Shown: positions 9,951 to 19,743, counted from the stretch's first letter. The stretch is 64,000 nt of DNA from Clostridia bacterium (GCA_017625695.1 JAGAKI010000008.1:16331-80330); one strand, 5' to 3'. A program made the numbers and translations. Notes: generated by a model from the sequence alone, not told the origin.

Positions 9951-11470
9951 AGCTGTTACAAGTTAAAATATTGGAAAATGAATCTTGGTGGGGCGGTTCT
10001 GTAAATCGCGGACACGAAATGCCAATTCATGGGAATTCAAAATCCTCCTTCGACCTTTTGGGGGACGGTGAAACAGACCAGTTTTCGCCTCTGATGGTTT
10101 CTTCAAAAGGAAGATATGTATGGAGCGAAGAAGCTTTTACCGTTGATGCTAAAGATGGCATAATAGAATTTAAGGGACCCGATGATATCGTACTAAACGA
10201 TGGATTTGAGAACTTGCGTGGTGCATATCTTGCGGCAATGAAAGCGCATTTTCCCTTTACAGGAGAAATGCCCGATTCTCTGTTCTGGAGTGTTCCTCAA
10301 TATAATACCTGGATTGAGTTAGGAACCAATCAGACAACCGAAGGCATTTTAAAGTATGCCAAGGGGATTTTGGAACACGGACTGCCTGCCGGAGTTTTGA
10401 TGATTGACGGCGGTTGGCAGGAAGATTACGGCGTGTATGAAGAGTTTCACAAAGGCAAGGTTCCTGATCCGAAATATCTGGTTGACCAGCTTCACGAGCT
10501 TGGTTTTACCGTGATGGTATGGGTTTCTCCGATTATATCATCAGCCGGTACCAGATACAAATTCTTAAGAGACAGAAATTATCTGGTGCGAAATGCAGAG
10601 GGAGAGATTGCTGTCAGAAAATGGTGGAGCGGATACAGTGCCGTTTTGGATTTCACCAATCCTGATGCTGTAGCGTGGATGGAAGAACAGTTGAACATTC
10701 TTGTGGAAAAATATGGTGTTGACGGCTTTAAGTTTGATGCAGGTGACACCTATTTCTACAAAGATGACGATATCATATATGAACCCACACTTGCAAGAAA
10801 TCACACCTTATATTTTAATCAATTTGGTGAAAGATATCAGTTCAATGAGTTCAGAGCCGCTTGGAAATCAGGGGGCAGACCTATTGTTGCAAGACTTCAC
10901 GATAAATACCATTCCTGGGATGAATTCGGAATCAATACCCTGATCGGACATACTGTTGTTCAAGGCCTTTTAGGTTATACCTACAACTGTCCTGATATGG
11001 TAGGGGGAGGCATCATTGATTGCTTTGGCGAAAATTCATCGTTGGATGAAGAACTGTTCGTGCGTTGGGCACAAGCAAACGCTATGATGGGAATGATGCA
11101 GATTTCTATTGCACCCTGGAGAGTGTTAAGCGACGAGAACGCTCAAAGAGTAATCAATGCAATTAAATTACACGAAAAATTCGGTAACTTATTCTTGGAA
11201 CTTGCTGTGGTGGCTTCCAAAACAGGGGAACCGATTGTGAGACATATGGCATATGTTTTTCCGGATGAAAACTTTGAACAAACCAATGATCAGTTTATGG
11301 TTGGTAACGATATTTTGGTTGCACCCGTCCTTGAAAAAGGCGCAACAACCAAAATGGTTAAATTCCCGGCTGGAAATTGGAAAGACAGCAACGGAAACAT
11401 GTACGACGGAAACTGCGAAACAGAAATTCCGGTTGATATGGACACTCTTTTGTATTTTACAAAGTGCTAG
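9947..11470 (+). CDS. clan GH-D alpha-glycosidase, probably GH31-like (507 aa, cytoplasmic)
   Basis: TIM-barrel motifs are present: VLMIDGGWQEDYG, a nucleophile-type GVDGFKFDAGD, and CPDMVGGG. There is no signal peptide. Family assignment is from memory of GH31/GH27/GH36 motifs, and substrate is unknown. Confidence 0.7.
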   Translation: MKLLQVKILENESWWGGSVNRGHEMPIHGNSKSSFDLLGDGETDQFSPLMVSSKGRYVWSEEAFTVDAKDGIIEFKGPDDIVLNDGFENLRGAYLAAMKAHFPFTGEMPDSLFWSVPQYNTWIELGTNQTTEGILKYAKGILEHGLPAGVLMIDGGWQEDYGVYEEFHKGKVPDPKYLVDQLHELGFTVMVWVSPIISSAGTRYKFLRDRNYLVRNAEGEIAVRKWWSGYSAVLDFTNPDAVAWMEEQLNILVEKYGVDGFKFDAGDTYFYKDDDIIYEPTLARNHTLYFNQFGERYQFNEFRAAWKSGGRPIVARLHDKYHSWDEFGINTLIGHTVVQGLLGYTYNCPDMVGGGIIDCFGENSSLDEELFVRWAQANAMMGMMQISIAPWRVLSDENAQRVINAIKLHEKFGNLFLELAVVASKTGEPIVRHMAYVFPDENFEQTNDQFMVGNDILVAPVLEKGATTKMVKFPAGNWKDSNGNMYDGNCETEIPVDMDTLLYFTKC

Positions 11471-11492
11471 GAGATATTGATGAGGTGGTTAT

Positions 11493-12485
11493 ATGGGTAA
11501 CAAGATAAAGATTGGTCAGATAGGTCTTGCTCATGCTCACGGTGAAGGAAAAATGTTAGCCGTTCGGAAGTTTCCCAAGTTATTTGAAGTTGTTGGAATT
11601 TGTGAAGAAAACGAGGAAGTTTATGCAAAGAGAAGTACTTTAGAGGCATATAGCGGTCTTAAAAGAATGTCTGAAGAGGAACTCTTAAGTAAGGTGGACG
11701 CAGTCTTGGTTGAATGCTCCCCAAAGCAACTTACTCAAACTGCCAGGAGATGTATTGAGGCAGGGAAGCATATTCATCTGGATAAACCCACAACGGGGTC
11801 TGTGGAAGAATATACCAATATTATTAACACTGCAAGGGAGAATAACCTTGTTGTGCAACTCGGGTATATGTATCGCTACAATCCCGCCATCATGAAAAGT
11901 TTTGAGATGATCAAAAATGGGGAAATCGGATCAATCCATACGATTCATGCTGAAATGAGTACCCATCATTATGAAAACTCAAAAAAGGCTATGTCAACAT
12001 ATAAGGGCGGTACGATGTTTATTATGGGTTCTCACCTGATTGACCTGGTTGTTTATCTGCTGGGTGAACCCCAAAATGTTACTTCTTTCTTCAAGCACAC
12101 AGGTTATGACGGAATTGATTTTGAGGACAATAACCTGGCTGTGTTGGAATACGACAAAGCCATTGCTCGAATTTACGCATCATCTGTGGAGGTGAACGGT
12201 TGGGGAAGACGACAGTTTGTTGTTTGCGGTGAGACTGGAACGATAAGCATTCTGCCCATCGAAAATGATGTGGCAATGACGCTTTCTGATTTAAATATTG
12301 CAACAAGTCATTATGCGGATATGAAAGAAAAAATTGATGTTGCAGATATTCCAAAAGATTCAAGATATGACACAATGGTACAGGATTTTGCGGCTTATAT
12401 CAAGGGTGAATTAGAAAATCCGTTTACATATGACCATGAGATTGCGGTACACAAAGTGCTTACACAAGTGTGTGGTGAAAACTAA
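11493..12485 (+). CDS. Gfo/Idh/MocA-family oxidoreductase
   Basis: N-terminal Rossmann segment (KIGQIGLAHAHG) and the conserved H(L)DKP motif (KHIHLDKP), at typical length. Confidence 0.85.
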   Translation: MGNKIKIGQIGLAHAHGEGKMLAVRKFPKLFEVVGICEENEEVYAKRSTLEAYSGLKRMSEEELLSKVDAVLVECSPKQLTQTARRCIEAGKHIHLDKPTTGSVEEYTNIINTARENNLVVQLGYMYRYNPAIMKSFEMIKNGEIGSIHTIHAEMSTHHYENSKKAMSTYKGGTMFIMGSHLIDLVVYLLGEPQNVTSFFKHTGYDGIDFEDNNLAVLEYDKAIARIYASSVEVNGWGRRQFVVCGETGTISILPIENDVAMTLSDLNIATSHYADMKEKIDVADIPKDSRYDTMVQDFAAYIKGELENPFTYDHEIAVHKVLTQVCGEN

Positions 12486-12517
12486 ACTTTATTGAATAGG
12501 ATAAAAAGGCAGAAACG

Positions 12518-13360
12518 ATGAATGTAAAAATTAAAAATTTTGTAACCATGAACATCGGATGTATTTTGCTTTCTGTTGGGATATATTTTTTCAAAATCCC
12601 CAATGGATTTGCCACAGGCGGTGTGACTGGTATTGGCACTATTCTGGGGCAGATTTCTCCTGTAACACCTGCTGTATGGATATGGATTTTAAATATCACA
12701 CTTCTGGTACTGGGGTTCTTGTTTTTAGGACGGAAGAACTGTATTAAAACAATTTATTGTAGTATGTTTTATTCTGCGATTACATTTCTTTTTGAATTGT
12801 TTATCCCCCTGTCAACCCCGTTGACAAATCAACCGTTTTTGGAATTGACTTATGCCATGTTCTTGACATCGGTTGGTTCTGCCATAATTTTTAACAGCGA
12901 CGCTTCTTCCGGTGGTACGGATATTGCTGCCCTGATTTTGAAAAAGTATACAGATATTGATGTTGGGAAATCGCTTTTGGCAGTTGATTTTGTGGTTGCG
13001 GCAAGTTCATTTTTTGTATTTAATGTACAGACAGGGCTTTTCTCTTTGCTTGGCTTATGTGCAAAGGCGTTTTTGGTAGATGTTGTGATAGAAAATCTCC
13101 ATACCTGCAAGTATTTTGTTATCATAACCACCAAGCGTGAAGAAATTTCTAAATATATTATTGAAACCCTTCGTCACGGTGCAACGGTAGGTCTTGCAAT
13201 TGGTGAGTACACAAAAGATGAAAGAACAATGATTCATACCGTGTGTAAGCGAATCGAGGCAATCAGACTGAGAAAGAAAATCAAGGAAATTGACCCGGGA
13301 GCGTTTATTATTGTTACCACAAGCAGTGAAATCATTGGTCGTGGGTTCAGAGGCGTTTAA
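12518..13360 (+). CDS. YitT-family membrane protein (DUF2179 C-terminal domain)
   Basis: N-terminal multi-TM region with GFATGGVTG, followed by a C-terminal soluble DUF2179-like domain (GATVGLAIGEYTKDERTMIHTV). Confidence 0.8.
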   Translation: MNVKIKNFVTMNIGCILLSVGIYFFKIPNGFATGGVTGIGTILGQISPVTPAVWIWILNITLLVLGFLFLGRKNCIKTIYCSMFYSAITFLFELFIPLSTPLTNQPFLELTYAMFLTSVGSAIIFNSDASSGGTDIAALILKKYTDIDVGKSLLAVDFVVAASSFFVFNVQTGLFSLLGLCAKAFLVDVVIENLHTCKYFVIITTKREEISKYIIETLRHGATVGLAIGEYTKDERTMIHTVCKRIEAIRLRKKIKEIDPGAFIIVTTSSEIIGRGFRGV

Positions 13361-13395
13361 ATTGGTTGCCTCTATATAAAACAGGAGAGAGAAAC

Positions 13396-14547
13396 ATGAT
13401 TAGCAGTGAAAGACTTTTTAAAAGAATAGACGATATGGAGCCCGAATATGTAAAAATACTGGAAGAGTTCTGCCTGATCGAAAGCCCCACAGACTATAAA
13501 GAGAGTGTGGATGCTGCAAGTAACTATATCATAAAAAAAGCAGAGGCTTTTGGCTGGAAAGTAGAAAGACAAAAACAGGAAGTTGCAGGAGATTGCATCT
13601 GCATCACAATGAATCCGGATGCAACAGCAGCTCCGGTATGTCTTTCAGGACATGTGGACACAGTTCATCCTCTGGGGCTTTTTCAAGAACCGGTCGTTAA
13701 ATATGATGGCGACAAAATGTATGGTCCCGGTATTGCGGACTGCAAGGGTGGAATTGTAGCATCTTTTTTGGCTATGGCAGCTCTCAGCAAGGAGAATTTT
13801 ACTGCCAGACCTATCAAACTTATCTTGCAGTCGGATGAAGAAACAAGCAGTATTGAAAGCAACCACACCACAGTTGATTATATGTGCGAATGTGCTCGCG
13901 GTTCTGTTGCATTTTTAAACTGTGAGCCTACTCTTGCAGGTACTGCAGTACTGAAAAGAAAGGGTATCATAAGATACGCATTTCACGTTACAGGCAAAGC
14001 AGAACATGCATCGGTTTGTTACCATGGGGTCAGTGCAATTTCAGAAGCTGCCCATAAAATTCTTGAACTGGAACAATATAAGGATGCGCAAGGCATTACT
14101 GCAAACTGCGGAAAAATTTCGGGTGGAACAAAGGCGAATTCCGTTCCGGCGCAATGCACTTTTGAAGTGGACTTCAGATTTTCAAATAGCGAAGAACGTA
14201 CGATGGTCGAAAACATTGCCAAGAAGGTGGCAGAAACCTCTTATATCGAGGGAACAACTTGCGAACTTGTTTTGGAATCTTTCAGAGATGCTATGGAGCT
14301 TACCGATGCAAATCTGAAACTTCTTGAAAAAGCAAACGAAATTTTTGAAGAAGTAGGGTTATCCGTTTTGTCCGTCCGTGAAAGCGGAGGCGGTTCGGAT
14401 GCTTCCTATACAACAATGTGTGGGATTCCCACATTGGATTCGGTTGGCGTTGCAAGTATGAATATTCATTCGAAAGATGAATATACACTGATTTCGTCAT
14501 TCACAGAAGCTGCAAAGAGACTTGCAGCAATTTGTTGCTATATATAA
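13396..14547 (+). CDS. M20-family metallopeptidase (carboxypeptidase G2-like)
   Basis: SGHVDTVHP, GPGIADCKGG and QSDEETSS motifs are typical of M20 metal and catalytic sites. I chose the ATG at 13396, which is 7 nt after AGGAGA, over the ORF-track TTG at 13366. Confidence 0.8.
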   Translation: MISSERLFKRIDDMEPEYVKILEEFCLIESPTDYKESVDAASNYIIKKAEAFGWKVERQKQEVAGDCICITMNPDATAAPVCLSGHVDTVHPLGLFQEPVVKYDGDKMYGPGIADCKGGIVASFLAMAALSKENFTARPIKLILQSDEETSSIESNHTTVDYMCECARGSVAFLNCEPTLAGTAVLKRKGIIRYAFHVTGKAEHASVCYHGVSAISEAAHKILELEQYKDAQGITANCGKISGGTKANSVPAQCTFEVDFRFSNSEERTMVENIAKKVAETSYIEGTTCELVLESFRDAMELTDANLKLLEKANEIFEEVGLSVLSVRESGGGSDASYTTMCGIPTLDSVGVASMNIHSKDEYTLISSFTEAAKRLAAICCYI

Positions 14548-14623
14548 TATAAAAAACGAAGGGAGACAAATTTGCTTGCAGTAGTCAATACTTTGTAGAC
14601 ACAAAAAAAGAATATTTTAAGCT

Positions 14624-14662
14624 GCCTGTTCAAGGCTGTATTGAACAGGCGGTTTTCTTTTT
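14624..14662 (+). terminator. rho-independent terminator downstream of the M20 gene
   Basis: A 10-bp perfect stem, GCCTGTTCAA (14624-14633) with TTGAACAGGC (14641-14650), a 7-nt loop, then GGTTTTCTTTTT. Confidence 0.7.
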
Positions 14663-14667
14663 AGTTT

Positions 14668-15388
14668 TCATACGGGTTTTATGTAATTAAAGTAATATAC
14701 AGCTTCGTCAATAACCTCTTGTAAATTGTCACACTTCCAATATTGGAAGTGTGCAAGAAGCACATCTTTGAATCTTCCGAAAAAAGATTCAATCACTGCA
14801 TTATCTCTTGGTGTTCCTGCTCTTGACATGCTTTGAATTACGTTGTATGATTTCAGTAGGTTACAATAACCGGCTGATGAGTACTGAACACCCTGGTCGC
14901 TGTGCAAAAGGATTTGGGTTTCGGTGCTCTTTGCTTTTTCCAGGATTCTTTTTGCAGGTTTCATAACAAGGAAGTTATCAAAAGTATCACTTAATTCATA
15001 ATCAAGTATCTCATTGTTGAACAAATCTAAATAACAAGCAAGATAATGCCACTTACCTTTGTGTTTTATGTAGGTAACATCTGTTACTATCTTTTGCATC
15101 GGCTTATCTGCATAGAATTTTCTGTTTAATATATTTGCATATCTGTTATGTTCTGAACCTTCGGTTTCAGGGCATTTTTGTTTTCTCACATATCCAGAGA
15201 TTCCAAGTCTTTTCATGGATTTCCATACAGATATATCTGATACAATCCAACCATACATATTAAGCAGAGTGTCTGTTATTGTTCTGTATCCTTGTGATGG
15301 ATAATGTGAATGTATATCCAAAACATAGTAGTCTAATTCTTTGTGTCATAATTCATAACGGTTAAGAGTTCCTTTTGGTCTACCCATG
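14668..15388 (-). pseudogene. IS3-family transposase remnant (DDE/rve core intact, N-terminal part collapsed, in-frame TGA)
   Basis: An rve-type D, D, E triad is readable (TDVTY..., HSDQGVQY, DNAVIESFF). Upstream in the same frame the sequence reads MGRPKGTLNRYEL-TGA-HKELDYYVLDIHSHYP. The in-frame TGA is at 15346-15348 and a GGAGA RBS precedes the ATG at 15388. No normal-length OrfA is present. Confidence 0.75.
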
Positions 15389-15416
15389 TAGTTCATCTCC
15401 TTTTCTTTAGTATAGC

Positions 15417-15460
15417 ACAAAAAAATGATGGTAGACACTTTTTTTGTGTCTACCATCATT
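15417..15460 (-). terminator. rho-independent terminator of the 15546-16595 gene
   Basis: A perfect 15-bp stem, AATGATGGTAGACAC (15424-15438) with GTGTCTACCATCATT (15446-15460), and a 7-nt loop. On the minus strand a T-run follows (the A-run at about 15419-15425 on plus). Confidence 0.65.
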
Positions 15461-15545
15461 ATATCACTTCAGTGACAAATTCACTGCTCCGTTTACTTTT
15501 TTATGAGTATACTCCCTATTGGAAAACGCTTTTTTGAAAGAGAGA

Positions 15546-16595
15546 TTAACCTTCGATTACAATTTCGATTGCTGCACTCTGAGGAGGCAGACTGAAGGTA
15601 GCAGCTTCGGCATGAGTTCCGGAAATTTTCATACCGGCTTCTAAATCGTTGATTCTGTATAATCTTCTGTTCATTACGTGATGAATGTTGGTTTCTTCAG
15701 ATACGTTTAATCTGATTTCGCCGTTTTCGGTTTCTACCACAACAAAATCTTCACCAACTTCGGTGATGGTGCCTTCGTAGGATACGCCGGCAACTTCTGC
15801 GGGCAGATATACTTCTTCATACAGTTCCACGCTCATTACAGTTTTAGCAACTGCCTGTGCAGGGAGGCTCATGGTTACTGCGTTATCAACGTATTCTACC
15901 ATAAATTCGGTACCGGTGGTAATGTCAGAAGCACTGATTCCCTGAAAAATGGTTTCTTCTGCAAAGGTTACTTCCACTTCACCTAAAATTTCATCCATTA
16001 CCAGAACAATGCCGTCTTTTACTTCTTCGGTAGCAGTTACCAGTTTGTAGTTGTTTTCTTCTTCTTTGGGATCGGTAATTCTGATTTCACCATTTTGGTC
16101 AACGGTGCAACCGGCAGACTGCAGAATTTCTTCCACGAAGCTAACCGGAACATAAGTTCTGTCATCCACCAACTGAGGAGCAATTCCTAATTTTGCAGGA
16201 GCCATTTTAGAGAAAGTGTATTCGTCTTTGGTGGGATACATGGTGATGTACTGTGCATCTCTGGTCAAAGAAATCATAGTGGTTTCATTGTTGTAGTCTA
16301 CTGCGTAACCCAAAGCTTCGCAGATAGCACGTAAGGGGAGCATCACATGTTCACCGTCAACGTAAGTGTCGGCATCCAGCATTTCGTTGTTCACGAATAT
16401 TCTGTAGATGGGTTTGGTCATAGGGGAGAATGCTGCATCCTGAATTGCTTCTGCTTCAACAGTTTCAGAAATGGTCATAATGTCGCCCTGGATGTTTACA
16501 GAACCGTCGTGGTTGTATTCTGCAAATGCTGCACCGGAAGCTAAAGAGCCTGCCAGTAAGATGCCGGCAATGGTAGTTTTTAAAGTTTTGTTCAT
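15546..16595 (-). CDS. secreted protein with a copper-amine-oxidase N-terminal-like domain plus two C-terminal repeats
   Basis: I chose the ATG at 16595 (GGAGG 8 nt upstream). A signal peptide is present (TIAGILLAGSLASGAAFA). The CuAO-N-type segment reads VDGEHVMLPLRAICEALGY...DDRTYVPVSFVEEIL. Two tandem ~75-aa repeats end in MSLPAQAVAKTV and FSLPPQSAAIEIV. Confidence 0.8.
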   Translation of the reverse strand: MNKTLKTTIAGILLAGSLASGAAFAEYNHDGSVNIQGDIMTISETVEAEAIQDAAFSPMTKPIYRIFVNNEMLDADTYVDGEHVMLPLRAICEALGYAVDYNNETTMISLTRDAQYITMYPTKDEYTFSKMAPAKLGIAPQLVDDRTYVPVSFVEEILQSAGCTVDQNGEIRITDPKEEENNYKLVTATEEVKDGIVLVMDEILGEVEVTFAEETIFQGISASDITTGTEFMVEYVDNAVTMSLPAQAVAKTVMSVELYEEVYLPAEVAGVSYEGTITEVGEDFVVVETENGEIRLNVSEETNIHHVMNRRLYRINDLEAGMKISGTHAEAATFSLPPQSAAIEIVIEG

Positions 16596-16750
16596 AAGTG
16601 TTTCCTCCATATATCAAATAAGTTTATAACGGAACTATGTACCGCTTTTGTTTTTTACGTTAGCTAAGACGGCATTGATTTTTAAAAGTTCCATTTTTTT
16701 TAAAAATTTGAGAAAAATTTTTTCACAGGTTGATTCTTGATAAAAAAAGC

Positions 16751-16779
16751 TTGCAAAAACAAAAAATATATAATATAAT
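16751..16779 (+). promoter_or_regulatory. sigma-A-type promoter for the MATE gene
   Basis: TTGCAA (16751-16756), a 17-nt spacer, then TATAAT (16774-16779). Confidence 0.5.
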
Positions 16780-16821
16780 GTATAGCTGTATGTATAAAGT
16801 GATGTTACAGGGAGAAAAAAG

Positions 16822-18153
16822 ATGTCCAAGATACAGTTATCCGACCATTTTACCTATCGGAGATTGCTCCGATTTACCTTGCCGTCAATCATTATGATGA
16901 TTTTTACATCGTTATATGGTGTGGTGGATGGAATTTTTGTGTCCAATTATGCAGGGAAAACTTCCTTTGCAGCAATTAATCTGATTTGGCCTGTGGTGAT
17001 GATGTTAGGCTCCATCGGTTTTATGTTTGGAACCGGCGGAAGTGCCCTGGTTGCCAAAATTTTAGGAGAACAGGACAAAAAGTATGCTAACAGGGTATTT
17101 TCATCTATTGTGTATACATCAGCGATTTTAGGCACTTTGTTGTGCGTGTTAGGGTTGGTTTTTCTGCGTCCCATTGTGCAGATGCTGGGGGCAGAAGGTC
17201 AGCTTGCCGAGGACACTGTTCAATACGGAAGAGTTTTGTTTGCAGCTGTGCCTACGTTTATTTTACAAAATGAATTTCAATCCCTTTTGGTCGTTGCAGA
17301 AAAACCTAAAATGGGACTTTGGGTTACGGTTGCAGCAGGTTTTACCAATATTATATTGGATTATTTATTGATTGGGGTACTTGGTTGGGGACTGTTGGGA
17401 GCAGCATTGGCAACTGCATTTTCCCAGGTGGTTGGATGTGTGATTCCGCTTTTGTATTTTCTTTCCAACAAACAAGGGGTTCTTCGACTGCGGGGATTTG
17501 GTTGGTATCCGAAGGAATTGTGGAAGTCCTGTTCCAACGGTGCATCTGAAATGTTGTCTAATATTTCTCTGTCTTTGGTTAATATTTTATATAATTTTCA
17601 GTTTCTTTCCCTGGCAGGGGAGAATGGTCTCTCTGCCTACGGAGTGATGATGTATGTGAATTTTGTATTTGTATCTGCATTTTTGGGCTATTCTATGGGA
17701 GTAGCTCCGGTTATCAGTTATCATTACGGTGCTAAAAATACCAAAGAGCTTCGGAACTTGTTTCGTAAAAGCCTGACGATTTTAGCAGGATGTTCGGTGG
17801 GGATGGTTCTTGCAGCAGAGCTTCTTGCAAAACCGTTTACTTACGTATTTGTAGGTTATGAATCAACACTTTTTGAGATGACGTATCACGGATTCCTGAT
17901 CTACTCCATATCTTATTTATTTGTAGGCATCAATATTTTTTCCTCTGCATTTTTTACTGCGTTAAACAATGGATTGATTTCTGCCATACTTTCATTCTTC
18001 AGAACCTTTTTGTTCCAAGTGATATGCGTATTTTTGCTGCCTTTGTTTTTTAAACTGGACGGACTTTGGAGTTCAGTGGTTGTGGCAGAACTGTTCGCAC
18101 TTGTTTTAAGTATCAGTTGTTTTGTGAAATTCAAACAACGTTACCAATATTAA
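16822..18153 (+). CDS. MATE-family efflux transporter
   Basis: 12-TM architecture with an N-terminal segment typical of MATE/NorM proteins (LLRFTLPSIIMMIFTSLYGVVDGIFVS). Confidence 0.85.
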   Translation: MSKIQLSDHFTYRRLLRFTLPSIIMMIFTSLYGVVDGIFVSNYAGKTSFAAINLIWPVVMMLGSIGFMFGTGGSALVAKILGEQDKKYANRVFSSIVYTSAILGTLLCVLGLVFLRPIVQMLGAEGQLAEDTVQYGRVLFAAVPTFILQNEFQSLLVVAEKPKMGLWVTVAAGFTNIILDYLLIGVLGWGLLGAALATAFSQVVGCVIPLLYFLSNKQGVLRLRGFGWYPKELWKSCSNGASEMLSNISLSLVNILYNFQFLSLAGENGLSAYGVMMYVNFVFVSAFLGYSMGVAPVISYHYGAKNTKELRNLFRKSLTILAGCSVGMVLAAELLAKPFTYVFVGYESTLFEMTYHGFLIYSISYLFVGINIFSSAFFTALNNGLISAILSFFRTFLFQVICVFLLPLFFKLDGLWSSVVVAELFALVLSISCFVKFKQRYQY

Positions 18154-18156
18154 AAA

Positions 18157-18187
18157 ATCTGTGATACTCCGGTATCACAGATTTTTT
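18157..18187. terminator. bidirectional terminator between convergent genes
   Basis: An 11-bp stem ATCTGTGATAC/GTATCACAGAT with loop TCCG, flanked by an A-run upstream and a T-run downstream. Confidence 0.75.
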
Positions 18188-18191
18188 AATA

Positions 18192-19463
18192 TTACTTGAT
18201 TTTTCTTGCTTCGGTGTAGAAGCGTTTGTCGCAGGCATCCCCCATTGAGAAGGTTTTTCGGGGAAGTGCACCGTCTAAAATAACGGATTTATATAAATCT
18301 GCTTTGTCCATTGCTTCTAAGATGATTCCGAAATTGTTGGGATTTTCGCATAAGCTTTCCACTACGTTTTCACCATGGATATAGTCAATTTCGCCACCTT
18401 TTTCTGCAACAAAACGGTCCAAAAGCTTCTGGAGTGTTGCAACAGTCAGATATTCTTTGGAATCGGTAATGGTGATTTTTTTCTGTTCGCCATGGAAAAC
18501 AAAAACAAAGGATTGACCTTTCGCGTCAGCATCGTAGCTTACCGTATAGGTTTCTTCCAGCATTTTTATGAATTCATCGCCATTTGCATCAAAGATAACA
18601 CGATGAATTGCTTCAAAGACCAGTGAATCATCGTGCAGATTCACAAGTTCGCAAAGTGCGTAACGTGCCGGACTGTTTTTTGCAGCTTCTTCACCGATTT
18701 CTTTTTTCAGGTTTTCATAATTTGCTTTTGCGGTTGCCAGCGAGTGGTTTCCGTCTCCCATTGCAAATACCAGAGGGGAGTCTTTTTCAACTTCATATTT
18801 TTTGTTAAACTGATGGATATCAGCAAGGTTTATCAGTTTATCTTCTAATCGGGATGCAGCTTCCTCAGACATTTTGTATCCTTTGATATGACCGGAATTC
18901 TGCATCAGCTCAAAATCATATACTTTTTCAAACGTATCGGTCAATTTCTGATTGGGTTCAATGATTTCTTTGGCATTATCATCAATCAGCAGCATAATAT
19001 GGGGCAATTCAATGGGAGCATCCCGGCGTACTTTCAGACGGGGAGGAATACGGGAAACTACGGTCCCTTCCGTTGCTCTGACTTTGGTCTGGGAACCAAT
19101 GGAATAATCATAATCTTCCAAATCCACTTTTCCAACAATGCCGAGACGTTTGACACCGTTCTGCAAGGTTCTTTCTACATAAATATAAGTATTTTTATGC
19201 TCGGTGAAAATCGCATCTTCCATATACTGCTGCATGGTTAGATTGGTTTTTGCAATCCGTTCTTCTATGTCTGCATCATTCAGATAAATTTCCGGTACAG
19301 TAACATAAAGGGTAGAGGGCTTGCCGTCAGTCAGTTCGTTTACCGCTTTCCAGTAGTCAGGTTCGGAGGTATATTGGTCACAGGCAACAACACTCCATAG
19401 TTTCATTTTATCGGCATCACCGGAAAATTTCGGTAACAGAATATCTGCACGCTGAAAGGTCAT
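18192..19463 (-). CDS. DUF1015-family protein
   Basis: Length and sequence (ILLPKF..., WSVVACDQYTSEP, MGDGNHSLATAKA) match my memory of DUF1015 proteins. I chose the ATG at 19463 (GGAAGGGG upstream) over the ORF-track TTG at 19484. Confidence 0.65.
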   Translation of the reverse strand: MTFQRADILLPKFSGDADKMKLWSVVACDQYTSEPDYWKAVNELTDGKPSTLYVTVPEIYLNDADIEERIAKTNLTMQQYMEDAIFTEHKNTYIYVERTLQNGVKRLGIVGKVDLEDYDYSIGSQTKVRATEGTVVSRIPPRLKVRRDAPIELPHIMLLIDDNAKEIIEPNQKLTDTFEKVYDFELMQNSGHIKGYKMSEEAASRLEDKLINLADIHQFNKKYEVEKDSPLVFAMGDGNHSLATAKANYENLKKEIGEEAAKNSPARYALCELVNLHDDSLVFEAIHRVIFDANGDEFIKMLEETYTVSYDADAKGQSFVFVFHGEQKKITITDSKEYLTVATLQKLLDRFVAEKGGEIDYIHGENVVESLCENPNNFGIILEAMDKADLYKSVILDGALPRKTFSMGDACDKRFYTEARKIK

Positions 19464-19713
19464 ATAAACCCCTTCCTTTCTCAAATAAAATTTTATCCTA
19501 TTCTATCATATTTTTGGAGTTTTTGTCAACTGTTTTCCCCGGATTTATGAAAAACATTGAATCAGTAAAAATCAGTAATTTGGAAATTCTTTTCAGGGAA
19601 TCCGATGCTTTCTACAATATTGAATTGAATCATAATGTTTTGTTTCATTCGTTTTTATTGCGAATCAGGTCATTTTTTTGGCAAATACGTCCCAATTGGA
19701 CATTCGATTTTTC

Positions 19714-19743
19714 TTGACATTATTGTTGTAGAAATGTTACAAT
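19714..19743 (+). promoter_or_regulatory. sigma-A-type promoter of the giant gene
   Basis: TTGACA (19714-19719), an 18-nt spacer, then TACAAT (19738-19743). Confidence 0.5.

Larger units (their letters stand above)
14595..15453 (-). mobile_element. possible extent of a degraded IS3-family element (boundaries uncertain)
   Basis: A perfect 16-bp inverted repeat GTAGACACAAAAAAAG occurs at 14595-14610, with its reverse complement at 15438-15453, bracketing the transposase remnant. I found no TG...CA ends and no target-site duplication. A host-type terminator (14624-14662) lies inside this span, so the boundaries are doubtful. Confidence 0.4.

Noticed and set aside
9947-11470. GH31-like glycosidase as a sulfoquinovosidase linked to the transketolase operon
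   Set aside because: The protein is much shorter than YihQ-type enzymes, and I could not verify the sulfonate-binding residues by eye. It also lies 16 kb from the transketolase operon, in a different transcription unit. I left this as a test to run, not a claim.
15346-15348. In-frame TGA in the transposase frame, read as possible Trp or selenocysteine recoding (RYEL-W-HKEL would read naturally)
   Set aside because: TGA is used as a genuine stop elsewhere in the window, for example in the EamA gene at 9948-9950 and the oxidoreductase at 28644-28646. The element has also lost most of orfA. A nonsense mutation in a decaying IS is the simpler reading.
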